DNA of 64,000 nt, taken from IMG/VR virus record IMGVR_UViG_3300003962_000201; one strand, 5' to 3'. The notes beneath the pieces were generated by a model. It saw nothing but the letters and a program-made list of their open reading frames with translations, did not search any database and was not told the origin of the DNA. The number at the start of each line of letters is the position of its first letter. The stretch's first letter is position 1. Below are positions 9,178-17,754 of this stretch, piece after piece. Both the position numbers and the translations under genes were made by a program. The DNA comes from an uncultured virus (IMG/VR IMGVR_UViG_3300003962_000201). Its lineage: Duplodnaviria > Heunggongvirae > Uroviricota > Caudoviricetes.

Positions 9178-9253
9178 ACTTTCCCCAAAAAAATGGCTAT
9201 TTTATCTTTTCTGGATTGTTGTTATTTTTGGAATGGTCTGGCAGGTTTGGTAA
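9170..9253 (+). CDS. 27-aa hydrophobic peptide (not in ORF track)
   Basis: MNELSPKKWLFYLFWIVVIFGMVWQVW*; exactly fills the gap before the tRNAs. Confidence 0.45.
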   Translation: MNELSPKKWLFYLFWIVVIFGMVWQVW

Positions 9254-9255
9254 GC

Positions 9256-9328
9256 GCCGGTGTAGCTCAGTTGGTAGAGCAGAACACTTGTAAAGTTCAG
9301 GTCGGGGGTTCGAAGCCTCTCGCCGGCA
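9256..9328 (+). tRNA. trnT: tRNA-Thr(UGU)
   Basis: Cloverleaf; acceptor GCCGGTG/CGCCGGC; anticodon loop CTTGTAA; T loop TTCGAAG; no encoded CCA. Confidence 0.9.
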
Positions 9329-9332
9329 TTTC

Positions 9333-9418
9333 GGAGCGGTATCTAAGTGGTTAAAGGAGCCTGACTGTAAATCAGGTGCGCTTTATGCGCTACGAAGGTT
9401 CAAATCCTTCCCGCTCCA
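9333..9418 (+). tRNA. trnY: tRNA-Tyr(GUA)
   Basis: Acceptor GGAGCGG/CCGCTCC; anticodon arm CCTGA-CTGTAAA-TCAGG; long variable arm. Confidence 0.95.
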
Positions 9419-9430
9419 TCAGAAAATTTC

Positions 9431-9503
9431 GCACGATTAGCTCAGTTGGTAGAGCAAGTGGCTGTTAACCACTCTGGCGGCGGTTCAAATCCGCCATCGT
9501 GCT
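9431..9503 (+). tRNA. trnN: tRNA-Asn(GUU)
   Basis: Acceptor GCACGAT/ATCGTGC; anticodon arm AGTGG-CTGTTAA-CCACT. Confidence 0.9.
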
Positions 9504-9515
9504 TATTTATTAAAA

Positions 9516-10736
9516 ATGCCGAGAGGAAACCCACTTTTTCTATCCGGAGTTATTCCATCTTCATCAAACGCGGTCGCTGACCAACTCATCCAAGTTATAC
9601 GCGACAACATTGTTCTTTATCAAACAAATGGCGAACCCGCCTGGGAAGTTATAACAAGTTCAACGGAGTTACCTTTCACATCTTCTGCTGTGAATACTCG
9701 GCAAACCATTTTTAATTCTCGTGGTGATAGAACAACAGGTTCTGGAACATATCGTGGAGATGCAAATATAAGAATTGTTTTTACACAGCCAGTTGGCATT
9801 GCCCCGGCAACAATGACAGGGTCATTTTATTTTGTAGCAATACAAGGGCCTGAAAATTATGGACGCTCATCAAATCCATCCGGAACGGCTTTGCAAGTTG
9901 TCGCCAACCAACCAACAACTTGGTATGCGGTTGTTGATGAATACGAATTCACGATGATTATCAATCAAAGAGATACTGGATCAAATAGAAATGCTGGTTA
10001 TAAAATTATTTCTTTTGGTCAAATGAGAAGAAATGTTCCAAATGAATTGAGCGGCATCGCTTGGGTTACGACAAGTTCGGTTTCAACTGGAACAGTTGTT
10101 TTTTCTGTTGATCGAGACATTCGTGGTACCGGCGCAGCTCCTATAGCCCAAATAGGACAGACGGTTTGGATTTTGAATGTCAATACCGCCGTTCCCGATT
10201 CCGCTCATGGAGAAATCGCATTTATTCAATCAATAAGCCCAACAACGATAACAATTTCAGGAGTTTTAAATCTTTATTCTTCTGGTTCTATAATTGGTTT
10301 AAACCCAAGCCCGACTTATTGTTTTTTTGAAAATGGAAATGCTACTTCGGTCGCAGCGCACCCTTTATTTATTAACAGCCCGGGATACACAAACTCCACC
10401 TCATACCGAATGGGTTTAAATGTTGAAAACTACATTGCTGGGTTTGCTGGGAATGAACGTCCAGCTTTCGACCAATCTTTTAGAGCTTATTTACCAAAAT
10501 TTCGCGTTTCTTCGCCATCTCAAATAAATTCTTATCTCGGTGTTCCAGGAAATTTATTATTTTTTGTTTCGGCGGCCATTTTACAGAATGGCGATAGAAT
10601 GATAAATAATTATCAAACAGGTTCGCAAGCCTCTGGAAGCGCTTGGATGATTTTTCCAAGCGTGGTTCTAAACAATTCTGGATTTGTTTGTGGAATTGGA
10701 CCAAACTGTCCAACATCAAGCAATACAATTCCATAG
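9516..10736 (+). CDS. Putative virion protein, tandem paralogue 1 of 4
   Basis: MPRG start; shared YQTNG..AWE, [DN]EYE and DRDIRGTG blocks; S/T/G-rich. Confidence 0.8.
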   Translation: MPRGNPLFLSGVIPSSSNAVADQLIQVIRDNIVLYQTNGEPAWEVITSSTELPFTSSAVNTRQTIFNSRGDRTTGSGTYRGDANIRIVFTQPVGIAPATMTGSFYFVAIQGPENYGRSSNPSGTALQVVANQPTTWYAVVDEYEFTMIINQRDTGSNRNAGYKIISFGQMRRNVPNELSGIAWVTTSSVSTGTVVFSVDRDIRGTGAAPIAQIGQTVWILNVNTAVPDSAHGEIAFIQSISPTTITISGVLNLYSSGSIIGLNPSPTYCFFENGNATSVAAHPLFINSPGYTNSTSYRMGLNVENYIAGFAGNERPAFDQSFRAYLPKFRVSSPSQINSYLGVPGNLLFFVSAAILQNGDRMINNYQTGSQASGSAWMIFPSVVLNNSGFVCGIGPNCPTSSNTIP

Positions 10737-10748
10737 TATTTATTAAAA

Positions 10749-11954
10749 ATGCCTAGGGGAGTTCCATACTTTCAATCCGGAGTTATACTCGCAAGACCTA
10801 ATAATGAAGTTGTTGATGATTTTATTTTAACTTTAAGAGGATTTTTAACCTCTTATCAATCCAACGGGCAGCAAGCATGGGAAATCTATACAGGTTCTAA
10901 CGACAGAACTGCACTTTCCGGAGCAAATACACGAGAGACAATTTTTCATTCCGTTGGAGACAGAAATCTTGGTTCCGGTCAGTTGGCGGGTGACGCTGAC
11001 ATTTGGCTTAAAATTCATCACAACTCTTTTTCGGGGGATGCGGCAAGTCCTACAATTTATTTTACACCAATGATGGATGCTTCCCAGGTTAATTTATCTG
11101 GTCACGGTCTTGACGCAAGTTTAACATTTTTTTCATCAAGCCAAACTCTTCAATTAAATTCAAAGAGAACAATAAGTTGGTGGGGAATTTGTAATGAATA
11201 CGAAATTGCGATGTGTTTAAAACAGGGAGCAAATTATTTTCTTGTCGGTTTTGGTTCATTAATAAGAAATGTTCCACAAAGACAGAGTGGAATTGCTCGA
11301 ATTGTGACCGCAACAACCGGAACTGGAATTCTAACTCTTCAATTAGACCGAGACATTCGCGGAACCGGCTCTTCATACAACATCCAAGTCAGCCAATCAG
11401 TTTGGATTTTAAATCAAACATTAACCGGTGCTTTGGATGTTCCTATAAAATCAAACATTTGCTCTGTTTTAGATGTTGGGGTTGATTACATAGTTGTTTC
11501 CGGTGTAACTCTTACTCCATTTCAAAGAGGTTCGCTGGTGGGAATGGACATTCAACCGACTTATGCTTTTTCTATTTCAAATAACGGGACTCCAACCATA
11601 AATTTAATAAACCGAATTGATGGAACCAGAAATCCAGCCAACCAACAAGCCCTTCTTTTAGCTTTTGGTGTTGAAACTTATGGAGATTTTAGGTTTCCGG
11701 ATTATAGTGATAATTATTCCTATTTTCCTTTACAGTTCTATCAAAATTTAGGAATTTATACGGCAATTCGGGGTAGAACTCAATTTATTCATCAATTTTC
11801 ATACGGAACTCAAAAAGATGGTGATTTGATGTTAGATGATTACAATAATCCTCAAAACATTTTTATGACATTCCCATCTTTCACTTACAACAACATGACA
11901 GAAAAAATTTTAGGAATTGGGCCTATAAACATTTCTTCTTCTATCATTTTCTAA
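10749..11954 (+). CDS. Putative virion protein, tandem paralogue 2 of 4
   Basis: Same conserved blocks. Confidence 0.8.
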   Translation: MPRGVPYFQSGVILARPNNEVVDDFILTLRGFLTSYQSNGQQAWEIYTGSNDRTALSGANTRETIFHSVGDRNLGSGQLAGDADIWLKIHHNSFSGDAASPTIYFTPMMDASQVNLSGHGLDASLTFFSSSQTLQLNSKRTISWWGICNEYEIAMCLKQGANYFLVGFGSLIRNVPQRQSGIARIVTATTGTGILTLQLDRDIRGTGSSYNIQVSQSVWILNQTLTGALDVPIKSNICSVLDVGVDYIVVSGVTLTPFQRGSLVGMDIQPTYAFSISNNGTPTINLINRIDGTRNPANQQALLLAFGVETYGDFRFPDYSDNYSYFPLQFYQNLGIYTAIRGRTQFIHQFSYGTQKDGDLMLDDYNNPQNIFMTFPSFTYNNMTEKILGIGPINISSSIIF

Positions 11955-11963
11955 TTAAAAAAA

Positions 11964-13163
11964 ATGCCTCGCGGGATACCAACATTTAATTCAGGAACAA
12001 TAGCAACCGGCTCAACAGCTCTTGATGATTTTATTTTATTAATAAGAGACCAAATAACCTCTTATCAATCCAACGGGCAGCAAGCATGGGAAATCTATAC
12101 AGGTTCTATAAATTTACCTTATACAGGCTCTGTTCAAAACACAAGAGAAACTTGGTTTCATTCTGTTGGTGATAGAAGTCTTGGTTCTGGGGATAATCAA
12201 GGAGATACGGACATTTGGGTTAGGCTTCACCAAGTTGGTTCAATTGCAGCATTAAGCGGGGTCATAGGAATAAGCGTTTTTCAAGACTATTCTCCGGTTT
12301 CAAATGTCGGCTATAATTTTAATGTTACTTCTTCATCTACCATCCCTATTTCTTTAATAAATGGAATTGTTTGGTATGCTGTTTTTAATGAATACGAATT
12401 TTCTATGATTTTTAGAAGCGCAAATCGTTGGAATTCATTTTCTTTTGGAAAACTTATGTCTAGGAGCAATCAAAAGTTTTTAGGAACCGCTCGGCTTTCG
12501 CAACAAGTTTCGGGAACTGGCACCGTTGTTTTTCCTCTCGACCGAGACATTCGCGGAACAGGTTCAACTCCGGAAGTCCAAATAGGGCAATCTGTTTGGG
12601 TTGTTAATCAGGGTTATTCCAACGCCGCGGCGGATACGCCAGCTAGGTTTGAAATTGGAAAAGTCGCTGATGTTTCTTCAAATACAATAACTTTAAGTGA
12701 AATGACCAGCTCTGGCGTTTGGCGGTCAGGCTCCTTGGTCGGGCTAGAAAGTCAAAATGTTTATTCTTTCGTTCAAAGCAACGCTGGAACTCCAACTTGT
12801 CATCTATTATTTAATCAAGATTTTTATAATAATAACGTGGCTGCTGCTGTGAATAGCGATACGAACCAAACAAATTTTGGAAATGCTGAAGGGCCCTCTC
12901 TCGATTTGTTTTATAAAGGTTCAAGAGTTTATGTTAGTGCCCAAATTTCTTTTGATGGTGCTTATAGAGGGTATCTTCAACATTTAATACAAGTTTCAAC
13001 AGGAACTCTCGCAAACGGAAGCAGAATAACCAGAGACATTTATGGGCCTCCTTTTGTTGAAGAAAACTCATGGCTAATTTTTCCTTCGGTCCGCGTAGCT
13101 TCAGGTATTTCCTCTAAATGTTTTGCACTCGGTCCATACGCAAGAGATTTCTCTGGCCTTTAA
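11964..13163 (+). CDS. Putative virion protein, tandem paralogue 3 of 4
   Basis: Same conserved blocks. Confidence 0.8.
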   Translation: MPRGIPTFNSGTIATGSTALDDFILLIRDQITSYQSNGQQAWEIYTGSINLPYTGSVQNTRETWFHSVGDRSLGSGDNQGDTDIWVRLHQVGSIAALSGVIGISVFQDYSPVSNVGYNFNVTSSSTIPISLINGIVWYAVFNEYEFSMIFRSANRWNSFSFGKLMSRSNQKFLGTARLSQQVSGTGTVVFPLDRDIRGTGSTPEVQIGQSVWVVNQGYSNAAADTPARFEIGKVADVSSNTITLSEMTSSGVWRSGSLVGLESQNVYSFVQSNAGTPTCHLLFNQDFYNNNVAAAVNSDTNQTNFGNAEGPSLDLFYKGSRVYVSAQISFDGAYRGYLQHLIQVSTGTLANGSRITRDIYGPPFVEENSWLIFPSVRVASGISSKCFALGPYARDFSGL

Positions 13164-13176
13164 TTAATTATTGTAA

Positions 13177-14409
13177 ATGCGTGGATTTCCTCTTTGTATA
13201 ACCGGAACAATTTATAGTTCAAAATCCGGAAGAAACACCGTTGTTGATGATTTTATTCTTTCTTTAAGAAGAAACATAGTGCGGCATACAACAAACGGAC
13301 AGCCATCTTGGGAGGTTTTTACCGGTTCTATAAATTTACCTTTTACGGGTTCCGTGGCCAACACCAGAATAACAACATTTAAATCTGTGGGCGATAAAAG
13401 CCTTGGCTCCGGTTCTCTTCGCGGAGATGCAAACATCTACATTCAACTTTATCAGCCAGATGTTCCGTCAAATAACATTTGTACAATCTCTTTTGTTACT
13501 CTTCAAGATTATTCACAAGTCAATAATAGCGGAACAAATTATAACATTTCCGCCAGCAACACTTTAGCTACATTAAATCTTTATGCGAATTTTAAATTAG
13601 AGTATGCTCTTTTAGTAAATGAATACGAAATTGGTTTAGCAATCTATCAAAGAACTGCGAATGCTTCGGACGCTATTACTTTGATTGGTGCCGGCCAAAC
13701 CGAACGGGTTTATCCAAGACATTTAAGTGGTGTTGCGCGAATAGCATCCGGCACAGCAACTACAGGGACAGTAACAATCCAGCTTGACCGAGACATTCGC
13801 GGAACAGGTTCAATTCCGGAAATTCAAATAGGCCAAAAAGTTTGGTTGGTTAGTCAAACTCCTTCTGGGTCTGCTCTTATTATTCCTCCCAGAGTGGAGA
13901 TTGTTCATGTCTCTGGGATTACAAGCAATACAATCACCGTAACAGGCGTCCTAGGCCAACCATACCATTCAGGCTCTTTGGTCGGGTATGACCCTAACCC
14001 TCTTTATTCTTTTAGATTTGTCGGCAACGGCTCAACACCTTCGGCGTACATGACAACGCTTCCAAATGGAACTTCTTCATCCCCTTTAGGTTCCACCAAT
14101 CACGCTGCGACATTTGTTCAGTGGAGTATAGACAATACTAGCGATACGGATGGACCTTCTTACGACAATTATTTTCGCTTATCTCCAATTAAACTCTTCA
14201 ATTCTTTTACAAATTTTAACGGCAATAGAGGAAACCTTGGATTGGTTAAAACCATCTCAAAAGGAATTTACGGAAAAGGCGCTAAACTTGTTATAAATTC
14301 TTTAACTGGTTCTTCTGCGGTTTCTGGTTCTTATCTTTGTTTTGCTGAAATTGGTGGTCTTGGAGCAGATTTAATTTTTGGTCCTTGTATTATGACGGGG
14401 GCAATCTAA
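13177..14409 (+). CDS. Putative virion protein, tandem paralogue 4 of 4
   Basis: Same conserved blocks. Confidence 0.8.
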   Translation: MRGFPLCITGTIYSSKSGRNTVVDDFILSLRRNIVRHTTNGQPSWEVFTGSINLPFTGSVANTRITTFKSVGDKSLGSGSLRGDANIYIQLYQPDVPSNNICTISFVTLQDYSQVNNSGTNYNISASNTLATLNLYANFKLEYALLVNEYEIGLAIYQRTANASDAITLIGAGQTERVYPRHLSGVARIASGTATTGTVTIQLDRDIRGTGSIPEIQIGQKVWLVSQTPSGSALIIPPRVEIVHVSGITSNTITVTGVLGQPYHSGSLVGYDPNPLYSFRFVGNGSTPSAYMTTLPNGTSSSPLGSTNHAATFVQWSIDNTSDTDGPSYDNYFRLSPIKLFNSFTNFNGNRGNLGLVKTISKGIYGKGAKLVINSLTGSSAVSGSYLCFAEIGGLGADLIFGPCIMTGAI

Positions 14410-14792
14410 TGGCTGATTATTTTTTTATAATGGATGCTATTGAAGCCGCCGGACCGCAGGTTGATTTTGGTCAGCAACAAATTGTTCGTCAAATTCATTA
14501 TTTTGATTACGGCCAAGATTATCAAATTAATGAAACTCAAATGTTTTTTACTCCTTTTGCAGGGAATAACGAACCAACTTCCGACCCGGGCTCCGGAACT
14601 TGCGTTTTTTCTGTAGATAGAAATTCTTTTTATGATACAGGGTTTAACAGCGATCAAGTTTCTTCTTCTATTGGTCAGTTTTTAAGTCCTATAAGCGGTT
14701 GCACACCCAATAATGTTCCTTTTATTTTTGGAGAAAAAACCAATTATGTTGCAAGGCGCTCTTCAATTTTTTATAGACTTACAATGAAATAA
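14409..14792 (+). CDS. Hypothetical protein, possibly virion-associated
   Basis: TAATG overlap with paralogue 4 (MADYFF…). Confidence 0.7.
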   Translation: MADYFFIMDAIEAAGPQVDFGQQQIVRQIHYFDYGQDYQINETQMFFTPFAGNNEPTSDPGSGTCVFSVDRNSFYDTGFNSDQVSSSIGQFLSPISGCTPNNVPFIFGEKTNYVARRSSIFYRLTMK

Positions 14793-14802
14793 ATGGTATA
14801 GT
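14774..14802 (+). promoter_or_regulatory. Sigma70-like promoter
   Basis: TAGACT-17-TATAGT with extended TG; GAGGT RBS before 14824. Confidence 0.5.
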
Positions 14803-14823
14803 TATGAAAGCGAGGTTAATCTT

Positions 14824-15282
14824 ATGAGAAAAAATCAAAAAGAATTAGATAAGATTTTAACTTGGGCAAAAAAAAATAAAGTAATTGTTGAATTTTTTAA
14901 CAATGATGATTGCGAATACGGAGAATTTGATAGAAAAACAAAAAAGATAAAAATTTCTAATAAAGGAACAGTTGAAAAACAAATTTTTCTTCTTCTTCAT
15001 GAACTCGGCCATTTTGTCTTATTTAAGAGTGAAAAAAAATACTCAAGCAAATTTCCTTTTGTTTATAGAGCAGATTGTGATAAAAGAAAGTCAAAGGTTT
15101 CAGCAGTCTATAAGATGGATATTTTAAATGAAGAATTTGAGGCCTGGAAAGCCGGAGAAGAAATCGCAAAACAATTAAAGATAAATTATGATAAGATTAA
15201 GTTTAAAAAAACTATGCTAAAATTGTTGAGAACTTATGTTGATTGGGTCGCTTTCTCTTCAAAAGATAAAAAAACTAATTAA
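14824..15282 (+). CDS. Zincin-like metallopeptidase (ImmA/IrrE-like)
   Basis: LLHELGH motif plus downstream EFEAW. Confidence 0.75.
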   Translation: MRKNQKELDKILTWAKKNKVIVEFFNNDDCEYGEFDRKTKKIKISNKGTVEKQIFLLLHELGHFVLFKSEKKYSSKFPFVYRADCDKRKSKVSAVYKMDILNEEFEAWKAGEEIAKQLKINYDKIKFKKTMLKLLRTYVDWVAFSSKDKKTN

Positions 15283-15286
15283 AATT

Positions 15287-15442
15287 ATGGATGACCTATC
15301 GCTTTTAATAGCAATTGAGGAAAAGAATAAAAAAAACTTTATTGAAGAAAGAGCATTTGTTGATTTAAGTTATGATAATTATTTAAGGTATTTGGAGTTT
15401 TTAAAACATAAGGAAAATGGAAAAGAAAACGAACAAGAATAA
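15287..15442 (+). CDS. Small hypothetical protein
   Basis: ATG 15287 (MDDLSLL…) inside the track ORF. Confidence 0.55.
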   Translation: MDDLSLLIAIEEKNKKNFIEERAFVDLSYDNYLRYLEFLKHKENGKENEQE

Positions 15443-15833
15443 AAATCTTCCTGGTTATTATGAGTTAATAACTGAATTTTATAATTTTGCTAAACAAAAT
15501 CTTGGTTTTAAGAATGATCCAAAATTATTCTTTATTGATGATAAAAATAATTCCAAAGACCCTTTATGCCAAACGGGGTATTATTCTCCAGAAAAACAAG
15601 AAATCTATGTTTATACCACCGCAAGACACCCCAAGGATGTTTTAAGGTCATTCGCCCACGAATTGGTTCATCATTTACAAAATTCTCGTGGAGATTTCAA
15701 AAATGACCTTAAAACCCAAGAAGGATACGCTCAAGAAAACGACCATTTGCGAAAGATGGAAGAAGAAGCTTATTCTGTTGGAAATTTACTTTTAAGAGAC
15801 TGGACGGATGGGAGACAAAAAAATGGAAAATAA
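15417..15833 (+). CDS. HExxH metalloprotease-like phage protein
   Basis: RHPKDVLRSFAHELVHHLQ…MEEEAY. Confidence 0.8.
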   Translation: MEKKTNKNKNLPGYYELITEFYNFAKQNLGFKNDPKLFFIDDKNNSKDPLCQTGYYSPEKQEIYVYTTARHPKDVLRSFAHELVHHLQNSRGDFKNDLKTQEGYAQENDHLRKMEEEAYSVGNLLLRDWTDGRQKNGK

Positions 15834-15981
15834 AAAGAAAAATGTTTTTGAGAAGTATAAAGAAGATGTCAAAGAAGGTAAAATTCCATACAAAGAATTT
15901 AGTTCCACCGATGCTTTCAAGGAAAGAATGATAAAACTAGAAAAAGCTATTTACGATAGACTTAAATTAAAAAGGAAATAA
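15823..15981 (+). CDS. 52-aa hypothetical protein (not in ORF track)
   Basis: MENKKKNVFEKYKEDVKEG…RLKLKRK*. Confidence 0.6.
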   Translation: MENKKKNVFEKYKEDVKEGKIPYKEFSSTDAFKERMIKLEKAIYDRLKLKRK

Positions 15982-15983
15982 TT

Positions 15984-16388
15984 ATGACCCCAACAAAAAG
16001 AAAATTAAAAAAGCAAATTAAAGCCGAGATGCAGAAAATTGCGCAGTCTCTTGGGTTAGAAAATTTCATTTTTAATAATGACCCTACGAATGTTGTTTAT
16101 CAAATTTGGAGAGATGGTAAGGAGGTCGTCAAGGAAATTCTTGATCGCCCCGACCAACCTCTTCGAAATGCCCTTCAAGAGCTTACAACGCCCCCAGACA
16201 CCGCTTCGGATGCTCCGCCAGACGGAGACACCCCTTCGGAAGATAAGGCGCCTGACGAGCAACTGGAGGCCTCCACTGAAGAAGGACAGGGTTCCGTTGA
16301 AGAAGATAAAATTGAAGTTGATAATGAAGAATTCTCTCTTCCTCAAAAGAAAAAAGGTGGCCGCCCGAAGAAAACGGAAACAAAATAA
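15984..16388 (+). CDS. Hypothetical protein with acidic disordered tail and KKGGRPKK end
   Basis: ORF track. Confidence 0.75.
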   Translation: MTPTKRKLKKQIKAEMQKIAQSLGLENFIFNNDPTNVVYQIWRDGKEVVKEILDRPDQPLRNALQELTTPPDTASDAPPDGDTPSEDKAPDEQLEASTEEGQGSVEEDKIEVDNEEFSLPQKKKGGRPKKTETK

Positions 16389-16391
16389 AAA

Positions 16392-17159
16392 ATGAATAGA
16401 AAAGATTTTATAAAAGAAATTAAGCCGAAACTTTTGATAAAAGAAGAATTAAAGCAATTTCTTCTTGAAAAAAAGGCAAAAGAAAAAGAAGAAGAACTTC
16501 TTATTCGCCGAGAAATAAGAAGATTAATCAAAGAGGCAAAAAAAGAAATAGAAAATGCTCCACACGCTTCAACAGGCATTAACATTCTTCAAGATTTATT
16601 GAAAAAAATAATTCCATCTCTAGAACAAGATTATAAAACTTTAACAACAGATTTGGAACAAAGAAAATCTTTTCGTTCGCACATTATAAATGGCGTTGAG
16701 AAGGCTCTTCAACAGAGTGAACTTAACAAAGATGCTGGCGAACAACCTGATGTTCCTATGGCAACCCCTAGTAATCCTTCTTTGACCGAAGATGACCCTT
16801 TGAAGGTTTCCATCGACGCCTCGGCTCTTCCTCCGCAAGATAAATTTATAGACATTTCAGGAAAGCAAAAGAATGACCCAGAACAAGAAAAAATTGATAG
16901 TTTTTCTCTTCCGGGCGCTGACGAAACAGGAAGAAACATGGCCCTGACCGCATTTGACAAAATTGAAAATCAAATTCTTGACGCTTATTCCGTCTTAAGC
17001 GCTGAAAAAGATAAGAAGTTGTTTTTTGATTATCTAATAACAAACTTGAAACTTTATTTTGATAAATTTGAAAACGAAATTAAAGAAAGCCTTCCAGAAC
17101 CTACTACACAAGAATACGAAGATGATGTATCCTCTGTTGAAAGTCCTGGGAGTTTATAA
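16392..17159 (+). CDS. Large-phage hypothetical protein with IKEE/IRRE repeats (possible head-associated)
   Basis: 255-aa ORF with LIKEELKQFLLE and LIRREIRRLIKEA. Confidence 0.8.
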   Translation: MNRKDFIKEIKPKLLIKEELKQFLLEKKAKEKEEELLIRREIRRLIKEAKKEIENAPHASTGINILQDLLKKIIPSLEQDYKTLTTDLEQRKSFRSHIINGVEKALQQSELNKDAGEQPDVPMATPSNPSLTEDDPLKVSIDASALPPQDKFIDISGKQKNDPEQEKIDSFSLPGADETGRNMALTAFDKIENQILDAYSVLSAEKDKKLFFDYLITNLKLYFDKFENEIKESLPEPTTQEYEDDVSSVESPGSL

Positions 17160-17438
17160 ATGAAGTTTAAAGAAAAAGGTTTGGAAATAGGATCTCTTGT
17201 TGAAGAAAAAAATAAAGCGTATGGCGACGCTTTTGCAAAGACCGAACAAATTATAAAAGTTCTTTACCCAAACGGAATAAGACCGGAACAATACAGGGAT
17301 TTGTTGGGCATCTGCCGAGTTCTTGATAAAATGTTTAGAATAGCCAACAATAAAGATGCTTTCGCGGAAAGCCCTTGGAAAGACATAGCGGGGTATGGAA
17401 TTTTAGGTGATGTCTATGCTGACGAAGATAAAGAATAG
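17160..17438 (+). CDS. DUF1599-like nucleotide-modification-associated domain protein
   Basis: EKNKAYGDAF…DKMFRI…DIAGYGIL. Confidence 0.7.
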   Translation: MKFKEKGLEIGSLVEEKNKAYGDAFAKTEQIIKVLYPNGIRPEQYRDLLGICRVLDKMFRIANNKDAFAESPWKDIAGYGILGDVYADEDKE

Positions 17439-17745
17439 TCAAATTTTATTATCAAAAATAGAAAATAAACATCTTTTTGTTAAAAAAGTAAAAGAAAAAC
17501 ACAACCTTGATGATAATTTTTTAAGAATTATCAATAAAATGACTTTGGAGGATTTAATTTCTTTAAAATTGTCTATCTCTAATAAAAATATTAACTATAA
17601 ACTTTGGAATTTATTTGATAAAGTCGTAAAGGTTTCATTATTGAATGTTGTTAGTGATTTTACAAATAATTTGGATTTAAAAGTTGAATTATTGGGAATA
17701 ACGAAAGAAAAGTATAAAAAACTTTTGGAAAAATACAAAAAATAG
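17407..17745 (+). CDS. Hypothetical protein
   Basis: ORF track; start uncertain. Confidence 0.65.
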   Translation: MMSMLTKIKNSQILLSKIENKHLFVKKVKEKHNLDDNFLRIINKMTLEDLISLKLSISNKNINYKLWNLFDKVVKVSLLNVVSDFTNNLDLKVELLGITKEKYKKLLEKYKK

Positions 17746-17754
17746 GAAATAAAA

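Noticed and set aside
9516..14409. Diversity-generating retroelement acting on the paralogues or microproteins
   Set aside because: No reverse transcriptase in the window and no template/variable repeat pair differing only at adenines
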